Of a stretch of 64,000 nucleotides of DNA, positions 40,415-53,980 are shown in pieces (within the stretch, counting starts at the first letter, position 1; every line of letters begins with the position of its first letter). A program made the position numbers and the translations under genes. The notes under the pieces were generated by a model. It did no database searches and had not been told where the DNA came from. It saw only the letters and a list, made by a program, of their open reading frames with translations. The DNA is from Azolla caroliniana (taxonomy: Eukaryota; Plantae; Polypodiophyta), in assembly GCA_043228905.1 (NCBI GenBank), contig JBHGNT010000013.1, positions 20,708,001 through 20,772,000 on the forward strand. Reading direction: 5' to 3'.

Positions 40415-43400
40415 TGTGGCAGGGGAGCCAGTGTGTGGATCTATGGATATGTCTGCGAGAAGGAAGGGAGGAGGCTTTATTGACAGTGAATTGCGAGAGA
40501 GAATCCAATGGGAGGGGTAGGCCGATGAAATAGAGGCTGAGCAGCCAGAATGGGTTGTGGTTGTGGTTATGTTTGGTGAAAGAGATATGTATCTGCAGAA
40601 ACACCTATTGAAATATGCAAAGATCTCCCAGCTTTTAATGGAACAAACTAACCGGTAAAATCTGAGTAAAGCCAGACACAAAATAATGGGGGATGATTAA
40701 AAAAGGGGGAAAAAGAGAAGGAAGGGACGGAACTCTCCTCTCTTGAGTATATACATATTAATACCAATAAAACACAATTCAATATGTATGCCCAAAAAAA
40801 GAAGAAGAAGAAGAGCTAAGCACATGAATGAATAATGCTAGCAAAAAGCTTCACAATTCAATGCTAAACACTACATACTTATTGGCTGCCCACCCAATGA
40901 CACACACGAGACGGCAGACGGCGTGTCGGGTCATGTGTCGCCCCCCCCCCCATCACCTTCGGGTTTCGGGTATATAAAACTCACTTAAAAACCCGCACCC
41001 CGTGCCCTCGTAGAGCCGTATTCAACCTTCCTCTCGGTCACGGTCCGTGCCACACTGCAAAGTTGTCATCCCAGCTCGAAAACACCTTGTTCGCTAAGCT
41101 CTTAGTTTTGTATACTGTTCCATAAAAGCTCATGTTGTTCTATATAGGTCTATTTAAGATGTTGTGATTCTAACTCTCCATATAGGTAGGAGATTTAAAC
41201 ACGGTCCACATCACACCATTTGTTACTCGGGTTTAAAGAGCTGAGTTAAGGCTAGGAAAATGGCACCATACATGATCAGCTTAAGTTAAAGTGACTTGAA
41301 AACTCGATGCATTTAGATTTTGGAACTCCCCTCGCCTTCAAACCTTAAACGATGAGAATAGATATTTTCTAGCGCTATAAGGAAACCTTTTTCGTTGCCC
41401 CACACTATTTGCTTGCCTGAAATGCAATGATAAAAATGAGAGGAAACAATAATTGTGTGTCTATGTGAGGCAAAGAAAGAGAGTACATGTAGGTTTATGT
41501 TTGTATGCATGCGTGCTTGCGTGCACATTTGTGTGGCCATTCAATAAGTACAACAACACATATAAACATGGGATGTTTATTATGTATATGCATAACGCCA
41601 ACAAAACTATAGGGAACCCCTAGTTTAAGTTGTAATATCCTCTACTCTTTGAATTCCTTCGTAATGAATGTGGACAAGAGTGATTTCTGGATGTGCCCAA
41701 AGAACAAACAACATTGAAGTCTACATGTATTCATATATCTTCTTAATTGGAAGAGGAGAGAGTTTACAAGATTTTACATTGTCTTTTTATATCGTGATCG
41801 CTAAAGCTTGTACTAAATTAAGTCTCATAAGGTAACATGTTTTCATGGTTCTTTTTATTGAGAGGTGTAGGATTGCAAATTTCTACGTGTTCTTTTATAT
41901 AAAGCATGATCACAAAGGTAATCTCTTTTGGTCGTGCTTTTGATAATATTGGATACATTATTTATTACCCCCTCGGGTTGTTGTTTGTTGACTAAATAAG
42001 TCACTTCAAAAAAAGTCTTTTGTTGTCTTTTGATTGTTTTGAGGGAAGTTGTGATTGCATGGTCCAAATACCATTAACTTACAAAATAATTTCATACCTT
42101 GAAGTCATTTGCAACATTTGCATTTATCTTAGAGCAAATGGTTCTCATGTGTGATCTACAACATTAGTGGGTTTAAGTTGAATGTTATCCCCAAGAAAAG
42201 GCCCCATAACATTTGCTGTTATAGAATAAATGTTCATATTTTTAGATGTCATTCCTTTAATGAAAGTTGGTGTTGGGAGGTTTCATAGCATCTATTTCTA
42301 ATAGGACAAGACGAGTTACATTTTGATAAGTATTTGCAAGGTTTGTATCATTGAATGTCTACACCAAAACCCTGATCAGATGTTCCCTAGAAAGGATGGG
42401 GTCATTCATACATGATGGAGACTACACTTCCCTAATGAAAACATTAAACAGATAAGTGTTTTGGGGGTGATTGATAACAATTAGTATTTGAGTAGGTTCA
42501 ACAAGAGTACACTTTCATAAGTATATTTACATGATTATGACAAAACTTTATAAAAATTGTGGCACATATGGTTTTATGGAAATCGTCTAAATTTTGTCCT
42601 AAACTCAAGTCGCATCATTTTGTCATCATTTAGACCTACTTTGGTAGTTGTGTTGTTTCTTAAGTGCCCCTCGATATTAAAGTACGTCAAAAAACTTGAA
42701 GTTACTTTTGTCTTTTATTTATTTTGTTGACAGTTAGGTTAATTTAAATCATTTTATGAAGATATGTCTAGATGGTCATGGGCCATGGCATAAGCACAAT
42801 TCATGTTATGGAACCAATAAGTGTGTATCAGGAAGTTGTCAGATGCGAGTCAATGTGCATGTGATGATTGTAGGAATGTAGTCAAAAGTATTATTCACTT
42901 AGACATTAATTATTGAAAGGAGACAATGTGAACACACCGTGTGCAAACAATGTGTGGATTCACACTTGTGTGATGCATATGTCATATGTGGAAATGTCTT
43001 TTGAATGGATGGGGATACACAAGACCCAAGATCCAATCCTTAGGTGGAAATTGGTATCACCAAGAATCTTCTAGGCAAGCCTTTAGCAACCACAATTATT
43101 GTTCAAGGCAATCAAATGTATAATAGCTCGGCAACGTGGGTAGCCTCCCTTACCATTCAAAATAAAAGTCATCATCACATCATCTTTATCATGTGAATTC
43201 ATAGTGTTCACTATTGCAACAAATTGAGTTTATTGGGTAATAGGTTCTACTTAGTGAAGCAAGCTACAACATTATACGTCCATAGTGTAAGTTTGCACTT
43301 TGAGGCACTATACATTAATTTTTAACTCATGAGGACAATTTAATTGGTATCTAGGGGATTAAATTATAGTAAATGGGATGACGATGTTTGGAGTTATCTT

Positions 43401-43569
43401 GGCAAGGGTGATGTAATTTCTTGGAAATATGTTTTCTCTTTTAGGATGGGTACTATGCATTAATTTCCAGCTAGATAAAACAATACCAATTAAACCAAAA
43501 TAGTCATATCCATATCGATTGGTGTACCACTTTGTTGAAGTTTATACCAAGGGTCATTCAATCGGTCGA

Positions 43570-43875
43570 TACTTTCTTACCTATAATTAGAATGGTATAG
43601 TATTTTGTGTCCTCGATAATAGAAATTGCTTTAACAATGTTCATTCACATCTCTTGCTATTATACTAACTAACCAATTAATTTTGACATTCTTTGTTAAT
43701 AGGTCTTCATCCTCCATGATTATACTTTCTTACCTATAATTAGAATGGTATAGTATTTTACGTCCTCGATAACATAAATTGCTTTAGCAATGTTCATTCA
43801 CACCTCTTGCTATTATACTAACTAACCAATTAATGTTGATATTCTTTGATAATAGTTCTTCATCGTCTATGATTA
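43570..43875. repeat. ~152-bp tandem duplication (2 copies)
   Basis: atactttcttacctataattagaatggtatagtatttt...atgatt occurs twice with scattered mismatches. Confidence 0.85.
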
Positions 43876-44189
43876 ACGTAAATTTCTCTACTTGTGAAAC
43901 CATTTAGATGTGGATTTGGTTCTATTTTTAAGCTCTTTGTGAACTTCCATGCCCTTTCCACTAACTTAAAGCTTTTCTCCCACTCTCACTTTGCACCTCC
44001 AAATCACCATTTTTTTATTCATATTAAACTTTTACTCTTATGTTCTTCTAAGAATCACCACCTGGTTGATGTTTGGATATGTGGCACCAACTACCCTTTT
44101 GGTGGCAAGATGGGCGAGGTCGACTGTCAATCACCTTGGAACTGCTTATGCTAGGCTAACGCCTAAAGAAAACTCTTAGACAATATGCC

Positions 44190-45480
44190 TTCAAATGAGT
44201 GCTCGAAACACCCCACTTATTACAGTGCTTTTGAGCTGCAGGAGTTGGAATATTCTTAGACATGAGTAAGGTTGTGCCCAATTTCATGTTGTACTGAAAG
44301 AATGGAACTTTCTACAATGGATCCATCATAGGATTGAACCAGAACCATCCCCTAGGTCCCACATCAGCCTACTAACTGGTTGCCATGCATATAACCAGAG
44401 CATATGACAGTTGTGGATCGAGTAGCCATTTCTTACCAAATTTGGCAATCACCCTAATTGGCACAGTGAGCAGGTTCTGTAATAAATTATTTGAGGGTGT
44501 ATAAGGCTACAATTTATTGTCCTGTTGAATATGGAAATAAAAGATACATCCGTTTGCAGAAATTCCTTTAACATAAAGCATCATGTCATTCATAAGGCAT
44601 CCAAACCACATATGCTCTTGCATTGGTTGAAGTCGCGCGAAGGATTGTGAGAAAGCCGTTGAGATTTCCGTTGTCATTGTTTTTGCCCCATATACCGAGT
44701 GTAGCTGCTTAAGCCGACCCACTTCTGGCATCTGTTGAAATTGAATCCAAGATCTCACTGATGTTGTTGGACCATTCTCAAGTTTTCCCCAGGCGAGATG
44801 AGTCCTAAGGCCCAATACATTTCCAACAGAATCCTGATGAGAGAATTAGCTAATAGCGGTTGATTCATCCAACCATCCCACGTGTCAGGCATTTGTTTGT
44901 GTAAGAAAATCTTGATTGTATCCCCATGCTCTAACGATTCCTAGGAGAAATCTATTGGATGTCATATTTCGTCTCGATGTTTGTGCATCTGTCAAGAACA
45001 TCCATTTCAAAGAAGACGACTAGTTGCCTCCTGTCTTGGGAGATAATTGCATTAGCTGATTAAGCAACATACCCTTCTAGGCCACCGTCCTTGGCAACAA
45101 TCCTCTAACTACAAACATTGTGAGGAGAGCTCGCCTTCCCCCCCCAAGAGGAAGTTACGAATGAGGCTTTGAACTTTCATGGTTGCCGACCTAGAGAACA
45201 ACCAAACCGATGCAAATAAACCACGTTGAGGCCAACAACACCAAATTTGTGATCACAACCCGGCCTGCAAAGGATAGGTGCTGAGAGTCCCAATATACTA
45301 GCTTACACTTGATTGATAACAACAATGGAGATAACATCGCTTTAGATGGTAAATCTATACCAACAAGACAACCTAAGTAACGAATGGGCTCCCCATGATT
45401 AAGCCAATGGAATGCATGGCCTGGATACCACGGTGGACATGGTTCATCACTTAAACATGAAGACGTTACCACAGTCAAAC
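44190..45480 (-). mobile_element. Decayed L1-type LINE (post-RT region)
   Basis: PIRYLGCLVG...LLLSIKCKLVYWDSQHLSFAGRVVITNLVLLASTWF, similar to the L1 at 54-56 kb. Confidence 0.75.
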
Positions 45481-48400
45481 ACTAACAATCGCGAAATACA
45501 ACCATGTTTTCTTGCACACAAGAAGGGTGTTTACAAATGCACACGCACAAAGCAAGGAGAAAAAGATCATCAGAAGCATGATGACATGTCATCTTACATA
45601 TGCGAAATCCTACAACCCTTCATCAACAACATCAACAAAACCATTTTCTTTGGTTGAGGTCCTCATTGATCCAACTTACCATTTCATACATGCGTGCCTA
45701 TTTTTGCGATAATATGGATTTTATCTTAGTAGAATCTAGGATACAAATCCCATATGTGTTCATAGGACAACAAAAAGACATTTTAGTGACCATTGATATG
45801 ATTGATAAGTTCTTGGCATAAAGGAGGTATCACATAAACGACCATATGTGTGCTACTCGAGTGCGACCATGGGGGTCTCGAACTAGGGAGGATGTGAATG
45901 AAGGTGGGACTTGAATGATCAAAGGACTCGAACATTGAGGGGATTCAAATGCTCAGAGGACTCAAACACTCAGATGACTCGAATGCTCTAAGGATTGGAA
46001 CGTACCAAGGGACTCGAATGAAGCTAAGGTTTGAATGTAGATGACATAGTCGATGACACGAATGTAGACTACAACAATCAAAAGGAGAGGGTAATCCCAT
46101 GGTTAATGGTTTAATACACAGGATGAACGCGTGATTAATAACATATACCAAGTTTAACACCCAAATCACACTATTAGACACAAAAGTAAATAACGCCACG
46201 ATGGCTTTATAAGGCTTAAAATAAACTAACATAAGAAATAGTAAAATGATTGGGGTGATTTAGAGCTTCCAGTGAAGGTGAGTCGAGTGGACCGTTGAGA
46301 TCGCAACTACTATCGATGACGACAATGCCTCAGTGTTAGAGTAGTGTCCTCGAGCCACTGTGTGCTCCCTTCAAATACCCAATAAGTGAGCTAGGTGAAT
46401 CTCTTCACGAAGTTGTCCATGTGTAACAAGCTCAATGGCAATGAAGACCGCAATGACCTCTTGAGTAGAAGACGAGATACCGAAGAAGTGAAGAAAATGA
46501 TACACCTTTACATGAAATCCCAATGACGAGATCCAAATCCTCGAATGACGAATGTCGAAAGACGAAGAGCTCTTCCTTCTCATGAAGCCAAATCAAAATG
46601 GCAAAAAAATCGAAGGGGGTCTAGGCACAACCAAAGGTCATGAATCGTTGTCATGATGTGACCTTTACAGTTTGTAGGTTATCCTCCATGCATTGAGAGT
46701 TGACAATAACTGCACTAAGTAATCCCATGCATGTGGCAAAGTTGAGAGTGATTTGTTCTGACACAAGAGGTTGGATCATCGGTAATGGATTTGTCGTTAT
46801 GTAGGCATTGTTTATTGGTACAGTTGCAAATCGACCTACAAAACATCAATCTCAAATTATAGAGGAATAATTGTTGGGGGATAGTCTATATACACATCAC
46901 GAAGGGTGTACGAGTGGCGAAGTATAGGGGTCATGAGATGTAGGGAGATTGACCTCCATCTTGCCTTGTCCAAAACTTGTGTGGCCTTGTGATCAATTAT
47001 GGTCAAGACAAGTTGTGTGCATTTGTTGGAAATTCAAGAGTAGTGAACTTCAAATTCAACCAATTGGAGAATGAGAATGGAGATGTGAAAAGAATAATCC
47101 CTCACGGAGACAAGGTCCTTCATGAGGACAAGTGATCTAATGTTTTTTTGGTATCCTTTAGAACTACCTTAATGCAAATATACAGGGACATACCACCATC
47201 TATCCTTCTTTTGGCAAGACAAGAAAAGCGAATGTCAATAAAGCTACTAATTACACTAAACTAACATGCTAAAGCAATTAATTTTCAACTTAATTACTTG
47301 CATGAGATTAATTATATACTTAAAAACATGTGAGATATTACAACAAACACGATAAAATAACAACATATCGAGAAATCGCCAACACCCATACTTAATGTGA
47401 ATACAAGTTATGATAAAAAGAGAAAGAGATTGACTTAAACTTTAGCTTTAGGGAGTATTTTAAGATCATGAAGTTCCCTTATAGAATATTTATAATTTCA
47501 CGTTTATACTTCCTCAGTTAACAAGATCATATATTTGTACCTTTCCACTTGGGGGTATAAACATTTATAGTTACTACCTTTTACACCCCATTATAATGTT
47601 AGGTGTGCTCTCCCTCTAAACATATTGCCCTACTTCTACATAATAGAGCATTGGATGTGACATGTCCAATAGGTTGTTAGCATAAGGTACACATATTAAT
47701 GGTGAGGTGAGGTTTTGGGAAGGATGGCCAATTGAAAGTATGTGTGGCCCACACTTCTGTTAAGTTTTGTGGATGTCAAGTCAAGCTAAACTCATAGTAG
47801 AGGGAAGGAGGTTGGAGATGTGGAGATGGCGAACACCAAGGAGTGTGATGGTAGAGGTGAATTAACTTATCCTTGGTGTTATCCTCAGGCCACACATTTC
47901 ATGGTTCAAGCATGTTGGCAAAATGGGGATGAAGGCGTTTCGGGGTTACCTCACTTTATCTCATTTGCGACGCAAATGTTTGAAGCATGGAATCAAGCTA
48001 GATGTGGGTGATCATGGACAAATTAGTGTACTTGAATTGATGGATAAAGCGTCAGGACGAAGGATTGTTGATGGGTAGTGGCGGTAGGTTGGGGTGTTTG
48101 AAGGTGAAGATGAGTAAGGGAGTGTTTCATCAAGGGGGCATTGGATAGGAAGAGTGGTGGTTTTGAATCAACATGCATGAGGTGTGAAGGTAGCAAGTAA
48201 AGAAGGGGGAGGTGGGGATGAGGGGGTTAGTATGACTTGTTGTCATTGTTGATGGATTCTGACAAATGGCATAGCTTGTATCTTCTTGTTCCCTGGCAAG
48301 TATTGTATATATGTTGGTTGTGTTTAGTTATGTACTTTGCAAGATATTTAGTATAGTGAAGATTATTATTATGAATATTTTATTATGATTATGATTGTTT

Positions 48401-50499
48401 ATTAGTTATTAGAGAATGATTAATCTACTGCGGACTTAGTTATATCTTCTTATATGGATTTAGTTATGTAGTTATGGTGATAGCTATAGATATGTTGATG
48501 GTGTAGTGAGTTTGTGGGGTTGTGGATGTGATGAATCATGGTGGGGAGTGGGGGCATATTGGTGAGAAAAGTGAGGTACATGCAAATGAGGAGGTGCCCA
48601 ATGAGAAAACGTGAGGTACGCATGATGAACCAAGAAGGTGAAGAGGGATGGAGAAGATAGTGAAGCAACAATTGGGGCAATAGTTATGAGTATGACCTTA
48701 CTGATTATACAATTTTGTAATGACATAATTTCTTGCCATATGTAGACATTGAACAAGAAATCCTATTTCTCGGAAGAATCCTCTTGGTGTATTATTCACT
48801 ATTTCTCTACCTTTGACGTATATCTACACATACACATACATGCATACATAAGCTTAATTAAAATCTTTGATTTGTGCTTTGTTTATAATTGTGTGATCAA
48901 ATTGTTTATGACTTATTTAAATGTTACTTTATATTAGATGGGTTTCTTTCTACAAAGTGTTGTACATTCTATTTCTTCATATCCAATGTAAAAATTATTA
49001 GATGATATTTACAAGTTGTTTGCATTTAGGTGGGCCATTATCTATCATTGTTTATGATTTATTCTTCCCATGTTTGGGGTTATTGATTATGAGGTGTGTA
49101 CCATTTTCATTTTCTAGATTAGTTGGATTCAATTGGCCATCATTTTCACAATTTTATTTCAACGGTTTATTATTGCATTTTTACTATCATAGTAATATAT
49201 GTGAAATTATTCATTGTATTGATGCCATATTTATGTTATAGAATTTTTGTTGCATGATTTTAATGATATAGAGTGATATATCTATATTTTTAATTATTAA
49301 GTTTTTGCCATGATTTGTTTATTATACTTACTACCGTATTTTATTAATGGATAGATGGTATGTGTTAACCTTACTAATACATACATATATAATGTTGTCG
49401 TGTTTGATGCAAATGCCAATATAAAATTGTTAACAAGATTCATTATCCATGCAAATTATGTCCAATGTTATGTTTTTTAGGCTTAGCTTCATCATGGCAT
49501 TAACATGTCAAGTGTGTTATATGTTAATGGATCGATGTATATATTAACGTTACTAAAATATTATGCCATTATCATTGATGTCAATGCCATTATATATTAC
49601 TAGCACGATTCATCATCCTTCAGAGAATTATCTCCAATGTTATGCTTCTTGGGTTAAGCTTCATCATGGCATTGACATGTGTTATTGGGCACAAATATGT
49701 ATGTGAATTGTCTTCATCATGGCCATATATGTTTATGGGTATAATGATTACATGTTACACTATACAATACAATCTAAAGAGTGGCTTCGTGAACCTTATC
49801 TATGTGTATATGATCATGTTCGATAATAGAAGTGGAGTTTCAACAAATACAAGATTTCACCAAATCCTCGGGATTACCATATTACCTAATCACATTTAGG
49901 TGACTAATATCGACTTCAAATCTAATCATGTGGACGTGACTAGATCTTGCCTAGGTGCCTTTACCATTATTTAATCACGACAACCAAATATTGCCTTCAT
50001 CACCAAATTGTTTTGACATATGAGGAATGGCTTTAACATTTGAATGTGCTCTCATGAACTATCCAATGCATAAAGCAGAACCAAAACTATGGTAGACTTC
50101 AACCATTATAACTTATAACTTGAAAAGATTTACCTAGATATATGCATCTCGTTGTGATAGTCTTGGAAGCATATGCAAAGGCATACTTTATAGGCTTTCT
50201 ACCAATGAAGTAATGCTTTTTTGTTATTGCCAAAAAACGAACATGGTTGCTACGCTTAATGATTAAGCTCTAGCCTTGATTTACCAAACTGCCACAAATG
50301 TTTAACATCATGCATAATCATAATGAGTGCTCCAAAACATTACAAATAGTTCAAACATTTGGGGTACAAATATTTTATACTTTAAAGAACCTATGTATGC
50401 CACAAAAGAGAAACGGGGAACCACGATTTAGGTTTAACATCAAATACCAACTTTTTTTTTGAATAAAGATTCACCTTGGCATTAATGGAAAGATGCCCA

Positions 50500-50960
50500 A
50501 CAACTACAAAGAACTCATACAGTAAAATATAACCCTGATACCCACATCATCCAACATGTCGAGTAGCAAAAGCCCTCATGCACGGTCCTTCCAATACTAG
50601 GGACAGAAAAAGCCAACTTGGTGGAGCATATCTCCATTTTATTCTCTCCCCCAAATAGGTCAAGACTTGTTCCTTTCTCCAGATTTCTCGAGAATGTTGT
50701 ACGAAACACAACCTCAAGATCACCAATTATTGCTTCATATTGACCTCTTCGAGTATGTAGGAGCATCAACCATATGTCCTTGACTAACTCAACAACATTT
50801 TGTTTGACTTTCTGAAATACACATTTACATCTTGCCTTCCACAATACTCATACCAAGATATTGTAGACCAAACCTTGTCCTCTTCCAAACAACGGATTGT
50901 TGAAAGATAAGAGACCTCCAATACATGTCTTCCATTGGAGAGGGCTCAAGAGCAGAAAAT
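50500..50960 (-). mobile_element. L1-type LINE 3' fragment
   Basis: WKARCKCVFQ matches the WxxRNxxxF motif of the plant L1 ORF2 C-terminus. Confidence 0.6.
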
Positions 50961-51142
50961 CAACATCAAACACCAACTTTCTTATAATAGTCATGCTTAA
51001 ATTAGTAAATCATAAGGTTATTGAAAATAAATAAATTATAAGTATTGACCTTGAAAGGCAATCCTTGAAACCAATTTGTGATTGAGAACAAAGTTATGAC
51101 AGTAACAATATGGACCAAATGAAAGCAACAATCTTGTTTTGA

Positions 51143-51355
51143 AAGAGATATAGCATATATCAACAAAATGACACTACATTGTCAAATAACATAATACGTC
51201 AACAAGAAACAATACATCATATCTTGTAGGCTCCATAAATATTCTCTTAGAAGAGATATAGCATATATCAACAAAATGACACTACATTGTCAAATAACGT
51301 AATACATCAACAAGAAACAATACATCATATCTTGTAGGCTCAATAAATATTCTCA
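51143..51355. repeat. ~108-bp tandem duplication (2 copies)
   Basis: aagagatatagcatatatcaacaaaatgacactacattg...taaatattctc occurs twice. Confidence 0.85.
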
Positions 51356-53291
51356 TAGTTATTAGTTCACTTAAGCTTAGTAAATTCAATGATGATTCTT
51401 GGGTTTGCTACATAATTAGTCGCTTAAAATTTCATTCAACAAGTCACTTTCTTTAATTAAACTATGCATATAATACTAATTGAAATTTGTAACCTTTCAA
51501 GATAATATTATGATATATTTTTCTTCATATATCTTGCTTTGATGTTGACAATTGGAAAACTAGTGTAAGAAAGGAGAGAAATTCAAAACATATATACAAT
51601 CTCATCTTAGGAAGAAGGAAGATCATTTAGCATGCTTCCAAGCTTTATTTAGAGGTTCTTTAATTTGTTGGTCAAGGTGTTCTTAAAGCATTAATACTTC
51701 TAGACGAGGAATTGAAGTTTATTAGATTTTACTCAATACCTATTTTCACAAGCATTGCAAATTGAATTGTAAATTTGGTAAAGAACGGCAAGGCTTTAAA
51801 CTCTATCATTATCGTAACCCAAATATACTATCAACACAATAATGGTGTGCTCAAAGTTCAATCTATATACCTAGAAGACAATATTAGTTTGGAAATGGAG
51901 CTCATGGTATTTGAGCTCAAATGGGATAAAGAGATAGATGTTGAGAGCTTAACATTTAAGCATGGTGTGTACATTCAATGCCCTACCTTTCTTATCAAAG
52001 GCATTCAATGGGATGAAACTATTGGATACAATCAATGATCAACCCTAAGTTTTCAATTTATCCTCATGTATTCTTAGTGCACATTTTGTGATAACACCTC
52101 AAATGAGGAGTAGATATTGTGCAACTTGACCATATGGGTTGATGAGGTGTCAATGTAGGACACTGTAAATGAGTATAACAAAATGTATTTAGGAAGAGAA
52201 ATGTAGGGTAATAGGATAGTTAACTTGTACTTAGTCTTGAAGTATGTGCTATTGACTTTAAGGTAAGTACTATCTAGCACTAACTTGTATCTAGGGAGCT
52301 AGGTCATATTAAATCACAAGTCAGTTGATGTCATATCTAGCAATAACTTGTATCTAGTATTCAATGAATTTTCAAACCCAAGGCCACAAGTATTCTAGAG
52401 TAACCAACTCCAAAAAATCTTCTTCATTTGAAAGTATCCAACCTTGCTGTTACAGGGTAGTGTTCTAATACTTAGTCGACTAGCAATGCCCTTAGAAATG
52501 TACAAAAGAAAATTTCCAAAGAGTAAAGCCATCATGCCAACTGAAATTATCATAATATTTTTGGAAGTCTTGCACATCAGGCAAGAAGCACAATATTATT
52601 TAAGACACTTTCAATAAAAACATCTACATTTTTTTGTTGTACCCCCAAGTGATACATAATTAGGAATTCAAAATACAAAAGAAATTGAGCCCAATAGGTC
52701 TACTGTCACCTCAAGATTTGAGCATTCTGAAAGTATATCACGTTCTTATGGTCATTGTAGACAATGACTAAGTGGGAATAAGACTCTACAAGATACATTA
52801 GTACTTATATGAGCCCACAACGGGCAAAATCGATTGATTTTTGTAATTTCAATTTACATGAACGAAAAGCCACTAGATGTAGCATTCCATCATCTTCCAT
52901 CAATGACAAAATACACCAAATGCAAAATCAAATGTACCCATTTCAATGATAAAAGGCTTTAGCCACAATGGCATGGAACAAAATTATGGTAGAAGCAAAC
53001 ATTTACATTAAGCAGTCATATGATTCAGTTGCACTTGAGATCCATGTAAATGATTGGTTCTTATATGCAAGCTCTATGAGAGGTACCACAATCTTCAGGT
53101 AATGTCACTAAAAGTCATGCAATAAATAGTGGTGTTCTCTAGCCTAAACTATTGCGATCACATGCGTTGTCGTGAAGATTTCCAGCTATAGTGTGAAATC
53201 GAGGTGGAATGGGCAAGTCGGTGGTGTGCAACATGTGCACATGTATAGTAGAAAATGGTGTATAGAATAAGGGGGAGTATTTATCCCACAT

Positions 53292-53980
53292 TGTAACGCC
53301 CTCCCCTCCTTGGTCTATAAAAGGAAGGGAGCGCCATTTGTAAAGGGGTTGCCCATTTTGAGTTAAGAGGGTATACCACTTAGGTCTAGGGTTTGGTAGT
53401 GTTCTTGCTCTTCATCTTATTCTTGTTCCCTTAGGGTTTCTACTTTTGTCTTTTCACCCTATTTCGTTTTAGGGTTTCGTCTTGGTTTCTTCTTCTTCTC
53501 CTTCGTGTCTGTTTAGGGTTTTAGCCCGGTGAAGAGCTTGTATGTTCTATGGGGGTTTAACTTTGCTCGGCCTCCTATGCAAGACCCCGCTAGGTGCGAC
53601 GAGCCCGAGAGCTCCCCGATAGTGGCTTGGTGGCAGACTACTGTTGTGACCTAACCTACCTCAGTCCAGCTCGGAGCCGGAGTTGTAACTCACTCTTGTA
53701 ATCATATATATAAAGGGTTGTGCATATTTGTGTCTCCGTTGGTGTCGGGTGCGTTTCTTTCCCTTTGTTTCCTGTACATAAGAGGAGTGTGTTGTGTCGG
53801 TGTTGCGCGCGTGCTCTCTCTCTCTTCCTCTCTCGTGTTCGGTAGCCGCCGGTATGCGTCTGGAATCGCTCCGGTTTGCGCCACAACCAGTGCAGTCGGG
53901 ACTGGAGAGAAGTCGGCTTTTGACACCCATCACTTCCTCGTCCAAGACCACCATGGTCCCGCCCCTTTCTACACGTACCC
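53292..53980 (+). mobile_element. Possible LTR fragment
   Basis: Begins TGTAACGCCC, followed by TATAAAAG and TAGGGTTT-rich LTR-like sequence. No matching 3' end or TSD was found. Confidence 0.4.

Noticed and set aside
38479-40520. Plus-strand ORFs up to 199 aa over the kinase
   Set aside because: They are shadow ORFs of a GC-rich exon.
45500-50400. Assorted 60-100 aa ORFs in AT-rich intergenic DNA (also 18.4-19.7 kb, 23-25.4 kb and 41-43.5 kb)
   Set aside because: No recognisable domains or splice structure. They are probably old TE debris that I cannot classify by eye.
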